A stretch of 64,000 nucleotides of DNA. It comes from Coriobacteriia bacterium (GTDB taxonomy: Bacteria > Actinomycetota > Coriobacteriia > Anaerosomatales > PHET01). The stretch lies in NCBI GenBank assembly GCA_034370385.1, contig JAXMKZ010000022.1, positions 4,027-68,026 of the forward strand, given 5' to 3'. This document shows positions 28,303-36,687 of the stretch, one piece after another. Numbering within the stretch: position 1 is the stretch's first letter; each line of letters starts with the position of its first letter. The notes under the pieces are model-generated. The model had not been told where the DNA came from, searched no databases, and saw nothing but the letters and a program-made list of their open reading frames with translations. Position numbers and translations under genes: made by a program.

Positions 28303-29763
28303 TTGTCCGTTCGAGTCCGTTTCGCGCCCTCGCCCACAGGCACCCTCCACCTTGGAGGCGCACGAACCGCCATCTACAACTGGGCGTTTGCGCGCAGGAA
28401 CGCCGGCGTGCTCGTGCTGCGCATCGACGACACCGACCCCGAGCGCTCGACGGCCGAGAACACCGAGCAGATCCTTCGGTCGCTCAGGTGGCTTGGCGTT
28501 GACTGGGACGAGGGTCCTGAGGTCGGTGGCGACCACGGCCCGTACTTCCAGACGCAGCGTGGCCCCGCTTACGCGGACGCACTGGAGCGCATGAAGTCCA
28601 CCGGTAACGCCTACCCCTGTTTCTGCTCCCCCGACGAGCTCGCCGCCAAACGGGACCTCGCGAGGAGCGCCGGGGGATTCTCAGGCTACGATCGGACGTG
28701 CCGCGACGCCGCGGGCGCTCACGAACGAGTCGCCGCTGGCGAACCGCACGTGTGGCGCCTTGCGGTGCCGCTTGGCCGGGGTCCGGTCATTGTCGACGAT
28801 GCGGTACGTGGTGCCACCGAGTTCCCGATCGAAGCGATGGACGACTTCGTCCTTGCGCGAAGCGACGGATCTCCCACCTACAACTTCGCCACCGTTGTTG
28901 ACGATGCCACTATGGAGATCACGCACATCATCCGCGGCGACGATCACCTGGCCAACACCCCACGTCAGATCCTTGTGTTCGAGGCGCTGGGCCACGCGGT
29001 TCCGGCGTTTGCCCACCTGTCGATGATCTGGGGGGCGGACGGCAAGAAACTCTCCAAGCGTCACGGGGCCACCTCCGTCGAGGCGTACGAGGAGATGGGT
29101 TTCCTGCCCCAGGCGATGCTCAACTACCTTGCGCTGCTGGGCTGGTCTCTCGACGGCGAGACGACCATCGTTCCGCCCGAGGTTCTCAAGGCCACCTTCT
29201 CCCTGGATCGAATCTCCAAGAACCCGGCCATCTTCGATCCTGACAAGCTCGAGTGGATGAACGGTGCCTACCTTCGGGAGATGGGCGACGGTGAGTTCGT
29301 GGATGCGATCGCGCCCTGGCTGATCCGCGCAGGCCTGACTACCGCTCAGGACGTATCCGGGCGGCGCGACTGGTACCGCGCTCTGGCCCCGCTGATAGCC
29401 GAGCGTGTGAAGCGACTGGATGAAGTGGCCGAGAAGGTCAGGTTCTTCTTCGAGGAGCCCGTCATCGACGAAGACACCCGCGACAAGGTCCTCGCCAAGG
29501 AGGGCGCTCCCGAGGCACTTCAGGCGGCCGCAGATGCGCTCGAAGCATGCGACTTCACGGCATCGTCCATCGAAGAGGCGCTTCGTCTGGTCCCTGAGGC
29601 GGTGGGCGTGAAGCCCAAGGTGGCCTTCCAGGCTGTCCGCGTGGCAGTGACCGGTAGTACCGTGTCGCCTCCCCTTTTCGAGACGCTTGAGCTGCTGGGG
29701 AAGCAGACGTCGCTTGCCCGCATCGAAGCTGCCCGTGTACTGCTCAGTCAGCCTCGCATCTGA
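28303..29763 (+). CDS. gltX: Glutamate--tRNA ligase
   Basis: 486 aa, TTG start. Contains RFAPSPTGTLHLGGARTA (HIGH region) and KLSKRHG (KMSKS). Confidence 0.92.
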   Translation: MSVRVRFAPSPTGTLHLGGARTAIYNWAFARRNAGVLVLRIDDTDPERSTAENTEQILRSLRWLGVDWDEGPEVGGDHGPYFQTQRGPAYADALERMKSTGNAYPCFCSPDELAAKRDLARSAGGFSGYDRTCRDAAGAHERVAAGEPHVWRLAVPLGRGPVIVDDAVRGATEFPIEAMDDFVLARSDGSPTYNFATVVDDATMEITHIIRGDDHLANTPRQILVFEALGHAVPAFAHLSMIWGADGKKLSKRHGATSVEAYEEMGFLPQAMLNYLALLGWSLDGETTIVPPEVLKATFSLDRISKNPAIFDPDKLEWMNGAYLREMGDGEFVDAIAPWLIRAGLTTAQDVSGRRDWYRALAPLIAERVKRLDEVAEKVRFFFEEPVIDEDTRDKVLAKEGAPEALQAAADALEACDFTASSIEEALRLVPEAVGVKPKVAFQAVRVAVTGSTVSPPLFETLELLGKQTSLARIEAARVLLSQPRI

Positions 29764-29829
29764 GTTGACAGTGGCTCAGGGCGTCGGTAGGATACCTTCT
29801 CGCGCCGCGGCTCGGCGCAGGCAAGGTAC

Positions 29830-29905
29830 AGGGGTATGGTGTAACTGGCAACACGCCGGATTCTGGTTCCGGAGAGTCTAGGTTCGAGCCCTAGTACCCC
29901 TGCCA
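29830..29905 (+). tRNA. tRNA-Gln (anticodon CTG), CCA encoded
   Basis: Manually folded cloverleaf. Acceptor aggggta/tacccct, D arm gtgt/acac, anticodon arm ccgga-ttCTGgt-tccgg, T arm ctagg-ttcgagc-cctag, discriminator G, then CCA. Confidence 0.88.
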
Positions 29906-29910
29906 TGTAT

Positions 29911-29987
29911 GGCCCGTTCGTCTAGCGGTTTAGGACACCGCCCTCTCAAGGCGGAGATCACGGGTTCGAATCCCGTACGGGCTACCA
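29911..29987 (+). tRNA. tRNA-Glu (anticodon CTC), CCA encoded
   Basis: Manually folded cloverleaf. Acceptor ggcccgt/acgggct (G1-U72), anticodon arm ccgcc-ctCTCaa-ggcgg, T arm acggg-ttcgaat-cccgt, discriminator A, then CCA. Confidence 0.88.
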
Positions 29988-29994
29988 CGAATTC

Positions 29995-30027
29995 AGAAAC
30001 CCCCTTCTGACACAGAGGGGGGTTTCT
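29995..30027 (+). terminator. Strong hairpin after the tRNA pair (terminator or attenuator)
   Basis: agaaaccccc(ttct)-gacac-(agag)gggggtttct forms a ~14-bp stem. The 3' arm and tail are U-rich (gggggguuucuugcuau). The hairpin overlaps a possible TTG start (30027) and its GAGGGGGG RBS for glnS. Confidence 0.5.
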
Positions 30028-30044
30028 TGCTATCCTCACTCCCC

Positions 30045-31745
30045 ATGAACAGTGAAACGAGTCCCTCCCCCGAGCGTACCGACTTCATCCGCGAGATTGT
30101 GGCAGCTGACCTGCTCGAAGGACGCTGCGAGTCCGTTGTCACGAGGTTCCCGCCGGAGCCCAACGGGCATCTCCACATCGGCCACGCGAAATCCATCTGC
30201 CTGAACTTCGGCATCGCCAACGAGTTCGGTGGCCGATGCCACCTGCGCATGGACGACACCAACCCCGTCAAGGAAGAGCAGGAGTACGTCGACGCGATTC
30301 AGACCGACGTGCGCTGGCTGGGCTTTGACTGGGGCGAGCATCTGTACTTCGCCTCGGACTACTTCGAGCAGCTCTACGATTGGGCATGCCATCTGGTGAG
30401 TACCGGAAACGCGTACGTCGACGACCTCACCGCCGAGGAGATTCGCGAGCATCGCGGCACGCTCAAGGACCCGGGCAAGCCCAGCCCGTGGCGCGATCGT
30501 TCGCCTGAGGAGAACCTCGAGTTGTTCGCCCGAATGCGTGCCGGAGAGTTCGCAACCGGCGAGAAGGTCCTTAGGGCGCGCATCGATATGGCTTCCGGCA
30601 ACATCAACCTGCGCGATCCGATCATCTATCGCATCATGCACGCGGAGCATCCTCGCACGGGTGACACGTGGTGCATCTATCCCACGTATGATTTCGCACA
30701 TGGTCAGTCCGATGCGATCGAACACATTACTCATTCGGTATGCACGCTGGAGTTCCAGGACCACCGACCACTGTACGACTGGTTCATCGAGCATCTTCCG
30801 GTGCCTTCGACGCCTCACCAGTACGAGTTCGCACGTCTCAATCTGACGCACACGGTGCTTTCCAAGCGCGTGTTGCTCCGGCTTGTGAACGATGAGCACG
30901 TGCGCGGCTGGGATGACCCCCGCATGCCGACTCTGTCGGGGCTGCGGCGACGCGGCTTTCCCGCCCAGGGACTTCGCGACTTCGCCGCGATGATCGGCGT
31001 GGCCAAGTCTGACGGGGTCGTCGAGATCGAGATGCTGGAACACTGCGTTCGCAGCGTGCTGAATCGCACCGCTCAGCGTCGTTTCGCAGTCCTTGACCCG
31101 CTGAAGGTCGTGATCGAGAACTTCCCCGAGGGACTCGTCGAGATGATGGATGCACCCAACAACCCGGAGGATCCGGACGCCGGAACCCGTGAAGTGCCGT
31201 TCACGCGCGAGCTGTGGATCGAGCGCGAGGACTTCATGGAGGACCCCCCCAAGAAGTTCTTTCGTCTGGCTCCGGGACGCGAGGTTCGGCTGCGGTCCGC
31301 GTACTTCATCACCTGCAACGAGGTCATCAAGGATCCGATGGGCAAGGTGATCGAGCTGAGGTGTAGCTACGATGAGTCGACACGCGGGGGCTCAGCTCCC
31401 GACGGGCGGCGACCCAAGGCAACGCTTCACTGGGTTTCGGCGGCACATGCGATCGAGGCCGAAGTCAGGCTGTACGACCACCTGTTCGCCGTTGCCTACC
31501 CTGGCTCCGAAGGTCGTGACCTCTTCGACGATCTCAATCCGGCATCAGAAACGATTGAGCGCGGTTGCTTCGTCGAGGCATCGTTGCTCCAGGTTCCCGT
31601 GGGCCAGACCGTCCAGTTCGAGCGGGTAGGATACTTCTGCCCTGATCCGGACTCCGGGAGCGGTGCCCTCGTCTTCAACCGCACGCTGTCACTTAAGGAC
31701 TCCTGGGCCAAGCTGCAGTCCCAGGGCCGTCACGACGCGCCGTAG
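30045..31745 (+). CDS. glnS: Glutamine--tRNA ligase
   Basis: TDFIREIV...[25 protein letters not shown] (HIGH) and LTHTVLSKR (KMSKS variant), collinear with E. coli GlnRS as recalled. An ATG at 30045 (no SD) or a TTG at 30027 (SD inside the hairpin) are alternative starts. Confidence 0.9.
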   Translation: MNSETSPSPERTDFIREIVAADLLEGRCESVVTRFPPEPNGHLHIGHAKSICLNFGIANEFGGRCHLRMDDTNPVKEEQEYVDAIQTDVRWLGFDWGEHLYFASDYFEQLYDWACHLVSTGNAYVDDLTAEEIREHRGTLKDPGKPSPWRDRSPEENLELFARMRAGEFATGEKVLRARIDMASGNINLRDPIIYRIMHAEHPRTGDTWCIYPTYDFAHGQSDAIEHITHSVCTLEFQDHRPLYDWFIEHLPVPSTPHQYEFARLNLTHTVLSKRVLLRLVNDEHVRGWDDPRMPTLSGLRRRGFPAQGLRDFAAMIGVAKSDGVVEIEMLEHCVRSVLNRTAQRRFAVLDPLKVVIENFPEGLVEMMDAPNNPEDPDAGTREVPFTRELWIEREDFMEDPPKKFFRLAPGREVRLRSAYFITCNEVIKDPMGKVIELRCSYDESTRGGSAPDGRRPKATLHWVSAAHAIEAEVRLYDHLFAVAYPGSEGRDLFDDLNPASETIERGCFVEASLLQVPVGQTVQFERVGYFCPDPDSGSGALVFNRTLSLKDSWAKLQSQGRHDAP

Positions 31746-31789
31746 CGCTCACTGGGGCGGCCACGGGGTATCGGGCTGCTAGAATGGGC

Positions 31790-32142
31790 GACGGAGTGGG
31801 CCAGACGGCCGCGCGATCCCGTTTCGGGTTCGTGAGGAAAGTCGGGGCTCCACAGGGCAGGGTGCCTGCTAACGGCAGGGCGCGGCGACGCGACGGAAAG
31901 TGCCACAGAAAAGAAGACTCCCCCGCCGCAAGGCGGGAGAAAAGCTGAAACGGTGCGGTAAGAGCGCACCAGCGTCACGGCAACGTGGCGGCTTGGCAAA
32001 CCCCACCCGGAGCAAGGGCAAATAGGAGCGGCCAAGGTCGGCCCGACCGACGCTCGGGTTAGCCCGCGTGAGGCGTACGGCGACGTGCGTCCCAGATAGA
32101 TGGTCGTCCACGACAGAACCCCGCTTACCGGCCCACTCCAAG
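31790..32142 (+). ncRNA. rnpB: RNase P RNA, bacterial type A
   Basis: Contains GAGGAAAGTCGGGGCTCCACAGGGCAGGGTGCC, GAAAGTGCCACAGAAAAGA, GGTAAGAGCGCACCAG and ACAGAACCCCGCTTACCGGCC. The P1 pairing is ggagtgggcc / ggcccactcc. An extended -10 promoter (tgcTAGAAT, 31777-31785) lies ~7 nt upstream of the 5' end. Ends are approximate to +/-10 nt. Confidence 0.92.
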
Positions 32143-32153
32143 CGGGTGAGACA

Positions 32154-32188
32154 CGAAGGCCGGCCCCGAATCCTCGGGCCGGCCTTCG
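32154..32188. terminator. Hairpin between rnpB and the convergent giant gene
   Basis: cgaaggccggccc-(9 nt)-gggccggccttcg forms a 13-bp GC-rich stem. U-tracts are weak on both strands. Confidence 0.5.
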
Positions 32189-32209
32189 TTGCACATTCTG
32201 GAGTTCGTA

Positions 32210-35200
32210 TCAGTAGTAGACGATCTGAACGGTGTCGGGCCCGAGCTTGATCATGTCGAAGAACTTGACTCTGGCTGAGCCCGAGTACGTCCTCACGTTA
32301 TTGACGGGGTCAGTGAGCCTGACGCTCCACTTGACGCTTCGGAACTGAGATCCTGACGTGCGCGCGGGAACGGTGTATTTCACCGTGTAGCTACTGCCTG
32401 CTTTGACGATGGTGTTCCTGACCCGCTTGCCGTCGATCGTCACGACCATCCTGCCGTACTGAGAGATCTTGCCGATCCTGACCGAGACGGTTCGCTTTGA
32501 GGCAGAGGAGCTGACCCGTGCTGAGGGCGCGGTCTTGTCGAGTATCACGGTTCGGTTCACCGTCGTGGTGTGGCCCATCCTGCTGTAGGCCGTGAGCGAC
32601 AGTGTGTGCCGGCCGCTAGAGAACTTCGTGAGGCTCGGCGTCAGCGTAGTAGAGATCGAGGTCCCTGCGGTGGACTTTGTCACCACGGTCTTGCCGTCGA
32701 GCTTCAAGACGAGCTTGGTCACGCCCGCACCGTCACTTGCCTTGACCGGGATCGAGGGCTTGGCACCGATAGCAGACGAGACGCTGCCGAAAGCAGCAGT
32801 GGGTGGAGCAGCGTCGACGTACGCGTAGTGCGTGCCGATGGGACCGTAGTTGCCCGCCCAGTCCTGCGCGCGGACCCGGAACGTGTGAACGCCATCAGTC
32901 AGTCCGTCTGCGGTGAACTTGGTGACATTCTGGCTGGTCTCCACCGCGGCAAGATCAGTGGCGGATGTGGACTTGGCGTTGACCGAAACCCAATACCGTG
33001 CAACACCGGAAAGTGAGTCCGCCGCCGGATTCCACTTGAACACACGCCGTGGGCTGGTGCTCCAGCTGGCGACGCCATCGTCGGGGGTTACGCCGGTTGG
33101 CGCGATGGTATCGACCAGAATCTGGCGACGGGCAACCGCCGAACCGATGGACCCGTTCTTCTCGCGACCGACTGCATGCAGGGTCCACGTGCCCTCGACG
33201 CTCGACATGCCCATTTCGTCGGCCACGCCACCAAGGTTGATGTTGAGGGAACCAGTCGCTGTGTAGTCGCTGCCAGCCGTTGGTACCGTGTTGGAAGACC
33301 GATCCATCACGTAGTAGTAGCCGTCACCGGACACGACATCAGGGGCCGCCAGAATCTGGCCTAGGAAGACGTATGTGTTCGCAAAAGACGTTTCACTCGG
33401 GTGTGACGTAGATGTGATGATCGGCCGCAGTCCGGACTTATCCAGGCTGATCGTACGGGTGAACACGCCTCGGTGGCCCAACAGGTCGTACGCCTCGATG
33501 GTCAAGGTATGCGGTCCCTGAGCGTACGAGGACAGGTTCGGAGTCATCGTGGTGGTCACCGAAGTTCCGGACACGTTCTGGCTCAGAAGGACCGTTCCAT
33601 CGATACTCAAGGTGATTCGGGTGACCTCAGCGCCGTCGGTGGCGCGGATAGTGAACGTCGGGGTGACACCGACCGGATCCGGAGGCTCGTTGACGAACAG
33701 CTCCGGTGGAGCGGCGTCGACGTAGGCCTTGTGTAGCCCGATGGCGCTGTAGTTGCCCGCCTTGTCACGAGCGCGCACGCGGAAGGTGTGGACGCCATCC
33801 GACAGGCCATCAACGGTGAACTGCGTGGTAGTGAGCGTGGTCTCAACCGCCGCCAGATCCGCCGGCGCCTCGGAGCTGGCGTTGATCGAAACCATGTAGT
33901 GCGAGAGCCCTGACAGCGCATCGACCGAGGGGGCCCAGGTGAAGGTTCTGCGGGGACTGGCCGTGTAGGTTGCGACACCGTCGTCCGGGACGGGCGTGGT
34001 CGGCGGCTCCATGTCTGCGAGGAACGGGTAGTCGACAGCGACGCTGACGTCGCCCAGTACATCCTTGGTTACGGCGTGGAGGTACCACTGCCCCCACGGC
34101 TCAGTACCAAGCTCCGTCGCGGCAGCCATGAGATCGACGGCAAGCGAGGTCCCGGTTGTGAACCCCCAGGTGGTCGGAGTGAAGGCCGCGGTGGGCGACT
34201 TATCCAGGCGATAGTAGAAGCCCTCAACCCCGTCGAAATCCGCAGGAGGTTCAAGCTGTGCGTAGAAGTAGCGCGACGAACTGAACGTGCTCGTGGTCGG
34301 GTGTGAGACGCTCGTCACCTTCGGCGGATTGGGTGGCCCGTACTTCAGAATCTGGACCGTGTTGTCCCGCGCGTTGGCGACGACCACTTCAAGCGGCGCG
34401 TCCGCATCAAGCTGCGCGATGGCAACGGCGCTCGGCTGACGACCGACGTCGATGTCACCCAGGAAGCGCATAACCCCGTTATCCTGCTGCTTGTAGATTC
34501 CCACTGAACCCGTAGAACGCAAGAAGGCCGCGTCTCCCAGGTTGTAGCTGTTGGCAACGATGAGGTCGTTCCTCGAATCCTGGTTCAGGTCCCCGATGGC
34601 CACCGCAACGGGCGCCGGCGAAATGTCGTTGCCCGTGCGGAATGTGGTAGAGGGGGTGACGGGCGCGAGTTGACCGATCGAGTTCTGGTACGAGATTCCC
34701 ACCTGACCGGTCCTGTAAGAAGCTCCGACGACATCGTTGAGACCGTCACTATTGAGGTCACCGATCTTCACGTCGCGAATCTCGCCAAGTAGGTCGGGCT
34801 GTGAGAGTCCCACCGATAGGTTCGATTGCCCTCCGCGACCAAGGTAGAAAGGCAGGAAGCCACCGGACTGGAATCCGGCGATTCCGAAGTCAGGCCAGTT
34901 GTCACCGTTGACGTCTCCGATAGCCGCTGAGAACGGGTTGCCCAATCCGTCGACGATCGTTCGATGCGTGTTCCAATGGTCGCTGGAAACAGTCCGTGTC
35001 GTCCATGAGGCACCAGAGTCCGTTGTGACCAGAATGCGCCCACCGGCTGCAGAGATGGCACCGCGGCCACCCGTGTGGAAGCTGATTCCGCGAAGGTCGA
35101 CTGTGGCTCCAAACGGCGAAACTAGGGAGCTCCACGTCACACCGGCGTCAGTGGACCGATAGATGAGGCCGTCGTTTCCGACGGCCATCACGATAGAGTT

Positions 35201-36589
35201 GTCCGCCCAAGCGACGGCGCGCAGTTCATCGGTGATGCTGGCAGAGATCGCTGTGGCTGCTCCCGACCAAGACGCGCCCGAGTCCAGCAGCATACCAACC
35301 GAACCGCCCGGAAGACTGCTGTCACCAACAGCTACCGCGCGGTCACCCGCCGGACGGACGGCGATGGCATGAAGGTCTCCGGTGAGAGCGGTGACGGATA
35401 TCTCGGTTGAGCCCTGGAAGGCCTTGTTGGTCTGGAAGACAAAACCGCCAGCGCCGCAGGTCAGCAGCTCGCCCGGCGATGGAGAGGCCGCGCCCAGAAG
35501 ATTCACTAATGGCAATCTGTTCTCTTCTGACGGAACCTCCACTGCCGGATCCGGAAGCCTCGACACGTGTGCGACCTTGCCGCCCGGGCCAACGACAAAC
35601 GCACTGGACTCGGTGTCCCATACGATCGAGGTGGCGTAGGGTTGCTCAGCCGTCAGCTGAATGACCGGCCGCCACGTGGCGCCGTCGTTTCCGCTGTAGG
35701 CGATGAAGTTGTTTCGCATAGCCGCAAAGACGATGCGGCTGAACCGATTACCCGAGATCGTGCGAATGCCCGTGGTATCGAACACCTCGTCGGAGTTGTG
35801 CGAGCTGTCAGAGCGCGGGCTCCACAGGTATCGGGGGGGAATGGCGGCAGGGGACCCGTCATCCCCGACATCGGCCGCAATCGTGCTGAGCGGGAGGCCG
35901 TCGCCGTCAGTTCGTGCGGCAAGAAAGCCCTTGCGGGTCACGGTCATGCCATTGGTGACGGGCTCTCCGCCGCCGTCGACTGTCCGCCGATACACGATCG
36001 TGCCGCCCTCGTCGCCGTTGGCGAGCGAGTGGAAGACGGGGACGGCGATGCCGAGATTGCCCGGTGCGTCGACGGTGCCTACGTCGAACCCGAAGCCTGG
36101 CGCAGCAGGTCCGCTACTTACGAGCCAGTACGCGTCGTAATACGCGGGAAGCGACAACAGATAGTCGAAGCCGCCGGACGGGTTGCGCCGAAACACGTAC
36201 AGCTCCTGGCTCATGGAATCGCCGACGATCACTTCGGACAGATTGTCCCCGGTGATGACGTCAGCGATGAAGACCGATGCAGGCGCGCTGAAGACGTTCG
36301 TGCCAGGGGCGCCCGTGAGGGGAACCCGCACGCCAGGGCTGAATGCACCTCCTCCGCTCTGCAGAAGTACCGTGAAGGATCGATCGGCGTAGTTGGCCGT
36401 CACGATGTCCTTGAGGCCATCGCCGTTCACATCCCCGATAGCCAGACCCTTCGGGGAGGTCCCGACCGGCAAGGGGGGGCCAGGCCTCAGGGTCTTGGCG
36501 GGCGCGATCCCGACGGGGACCAAGACTACCACCAGAAGCGCGGACAACAACGCGCGCGCAACTGCGGACCATCCAGCACGGATGACCAT
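32210..36589 (-). CDS. Giant secreted protein (1459 aa): FG-GAP/VCBS-like repeats, BNR (Asp-box) repeats and tandem Ig/FN3-like modules
   Basis: Signal peptide (LLVVVLVPVGIAPA|K). FG-GAP-like IGDVNGDGLKDIV, IGDVNGDNWPDFGI, IGDLNSDGLNDVV and IGDLNQDSRNDLIV. Asp-boxes SGNDGATW, STDAGVTW and TTDSGASW. The C-terminal half consists of duplicated ~300-aa modules. RBS aacaggag. No LPXTG or lipobox seen. Confidence 0.85.
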   Translation of the reverse strand: MVIRAGWSAVARALLSALLVVVLVPVGIAPAKTLRPGPPLPVGTSPKGLAIGDVNGDGLKDIVTANYADRSFTVLLQSGGGAFSPGVRVPLTGAPGTNVFSAPASVFIADVITGDNLSEVIVGDSMSQELYVFRRNPSGGFDYLLSLPAYYDAYWLVSSGPAAPGFGFDVGTVDAPGNLGIAVPVFHSLANGDEGGTIVYRRTVDGGGEPVTNGMTVTRKGFLAARTDGDGLPLSTIAADVGDDGSPAAIPPRYLWSPRSDSSHNSDEVFDTTGIRTISGNRFSRIVFAAMRNNFIAYSGNDGATWRPVIQLTAEQPYATSIVWDTESSAFVVGPGGKVAHVSRLPDPAVEVPSEENRLPLVNLLGAASPSPGELLTCGAGGFVFQTNKAFQGSTEISVTALTGDLHAIAVRPAGDRAVAVGDSSLPGGSVGMLLDSGASWSGAATAISASITDELRAVAWADNSIVMAVGNDGLIYRSTDAGVTWSSLVSPFGATVDLRGISFHTGGRGAISAAGGRILVTTDSGASWTTRTVSSDHWNTHRTIVDGLGNPFSAAIGDVNGDNWPDFGIAGFQSGGFLPFYLGRGGQSNLSVGLSQPDLLGEIRDVKIGDLNSDGLNDVVGASYRTGQVGISYQNSIGQLAPVTPSTTFRTGNDISPAPVAVAIGDLNQDSRNDLIVANSYNLGDAAFLRSTGSVGIYKQQDNGVMRFLGDIDVGRQPSAVAIAQLDADAPLEVVVANARDNTVQILKYGPPNPPKVTSVSHPTTSTFSSSRYFYAQLEPPADFDGVEGFYYRLDKSPTAAFTPTTWGFTTGTSLAVDLMAAATELGTEPWGQWYLHAVTKDVLGDVSVAVDYPFLADMEPPTTPVPDDGVATYTASPRRTFTWAPSVDALSGLSHYMVSINASSEAPADLAAVETTLTTTQFTVDGLSDGVHTFRVRARDKAGNYSAIGLHKAYVDAAPPELFVNEPPDPVGVTPTFTIRATDGAEVTRITLSIDGTVLLSQNVSGTSVTTTMTPNLSSYAQGPHTLTIEAYDLLGHRGVFTRTISLDKSGLRPIITSTSHPSETSFANTYVFLGQILAAPDVVSGDGYYYVMDRSSNTVPTAGSDYTATGSLNINLGGVADEMGMSSVEGTWTLHAVGREKNGSIGSAVARRQILVDTIAPTGVTPDDGVASWSTSPRRVFKWNPAADSLSGVARYWVSVNAKSTSATDLAAVETSQNVTKFTADGLTDGVHTFRVRAQDWAGNYGPIGTHYAYVDAAPPTAAFGSVSSAIGAKPSIPVKASDGAGVTKLVLKLDGKTVVTKSTAGTSISTTLTPSLTKFSSGRHTLSLTAYSRMGHTTTVNRTVILDKTAPSARVSSSASKRTVSVRIGKISQYGRMVVTIDGKRVRNTIVKAGSSYTVKYTVPARTSGSQFRSVKWSVRLTDPVNNVRTYSGSARVKFFDMIKLGPDTVQIVYY
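32525..34321 (-). repeat. Intragenic tandem duplication (2 x ~900 bp / ~300 aa) within the giant gene
   Basis: aa ~757-1055 and ~1056-1355 are collinear. Examples: DDGVATYTASPRRTFTWAPSVDALSGLSHYMVSINA...DGVHTFRVRARDKAGNYSAIGLHKAYVDAAPP versus DDGVASWSTSPRRVFKWNPAADSLSGVARYWVSVNA...DGVHTFRVRAQDWAGNYGPIGTHYAYVDAAPP. The DNA copies are diverged but alignable by eye. Confidence 0.75.
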
Positions 36590-36687
36590 GACGACTCCTG
36601 TTCTACGACGACGAATGCTTCAACTACTGCGACGTGGTCAAGACGTATGCCTCACACTATACTCCACTCCCGCGTGCGCAAGCCACC

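Noticed and set aside
31730-32194. 154-aa minus-strand ORF
   Set aside because: It covers exactly the RNase P RNA gene and its terminator. The RNA identification is far stronger.
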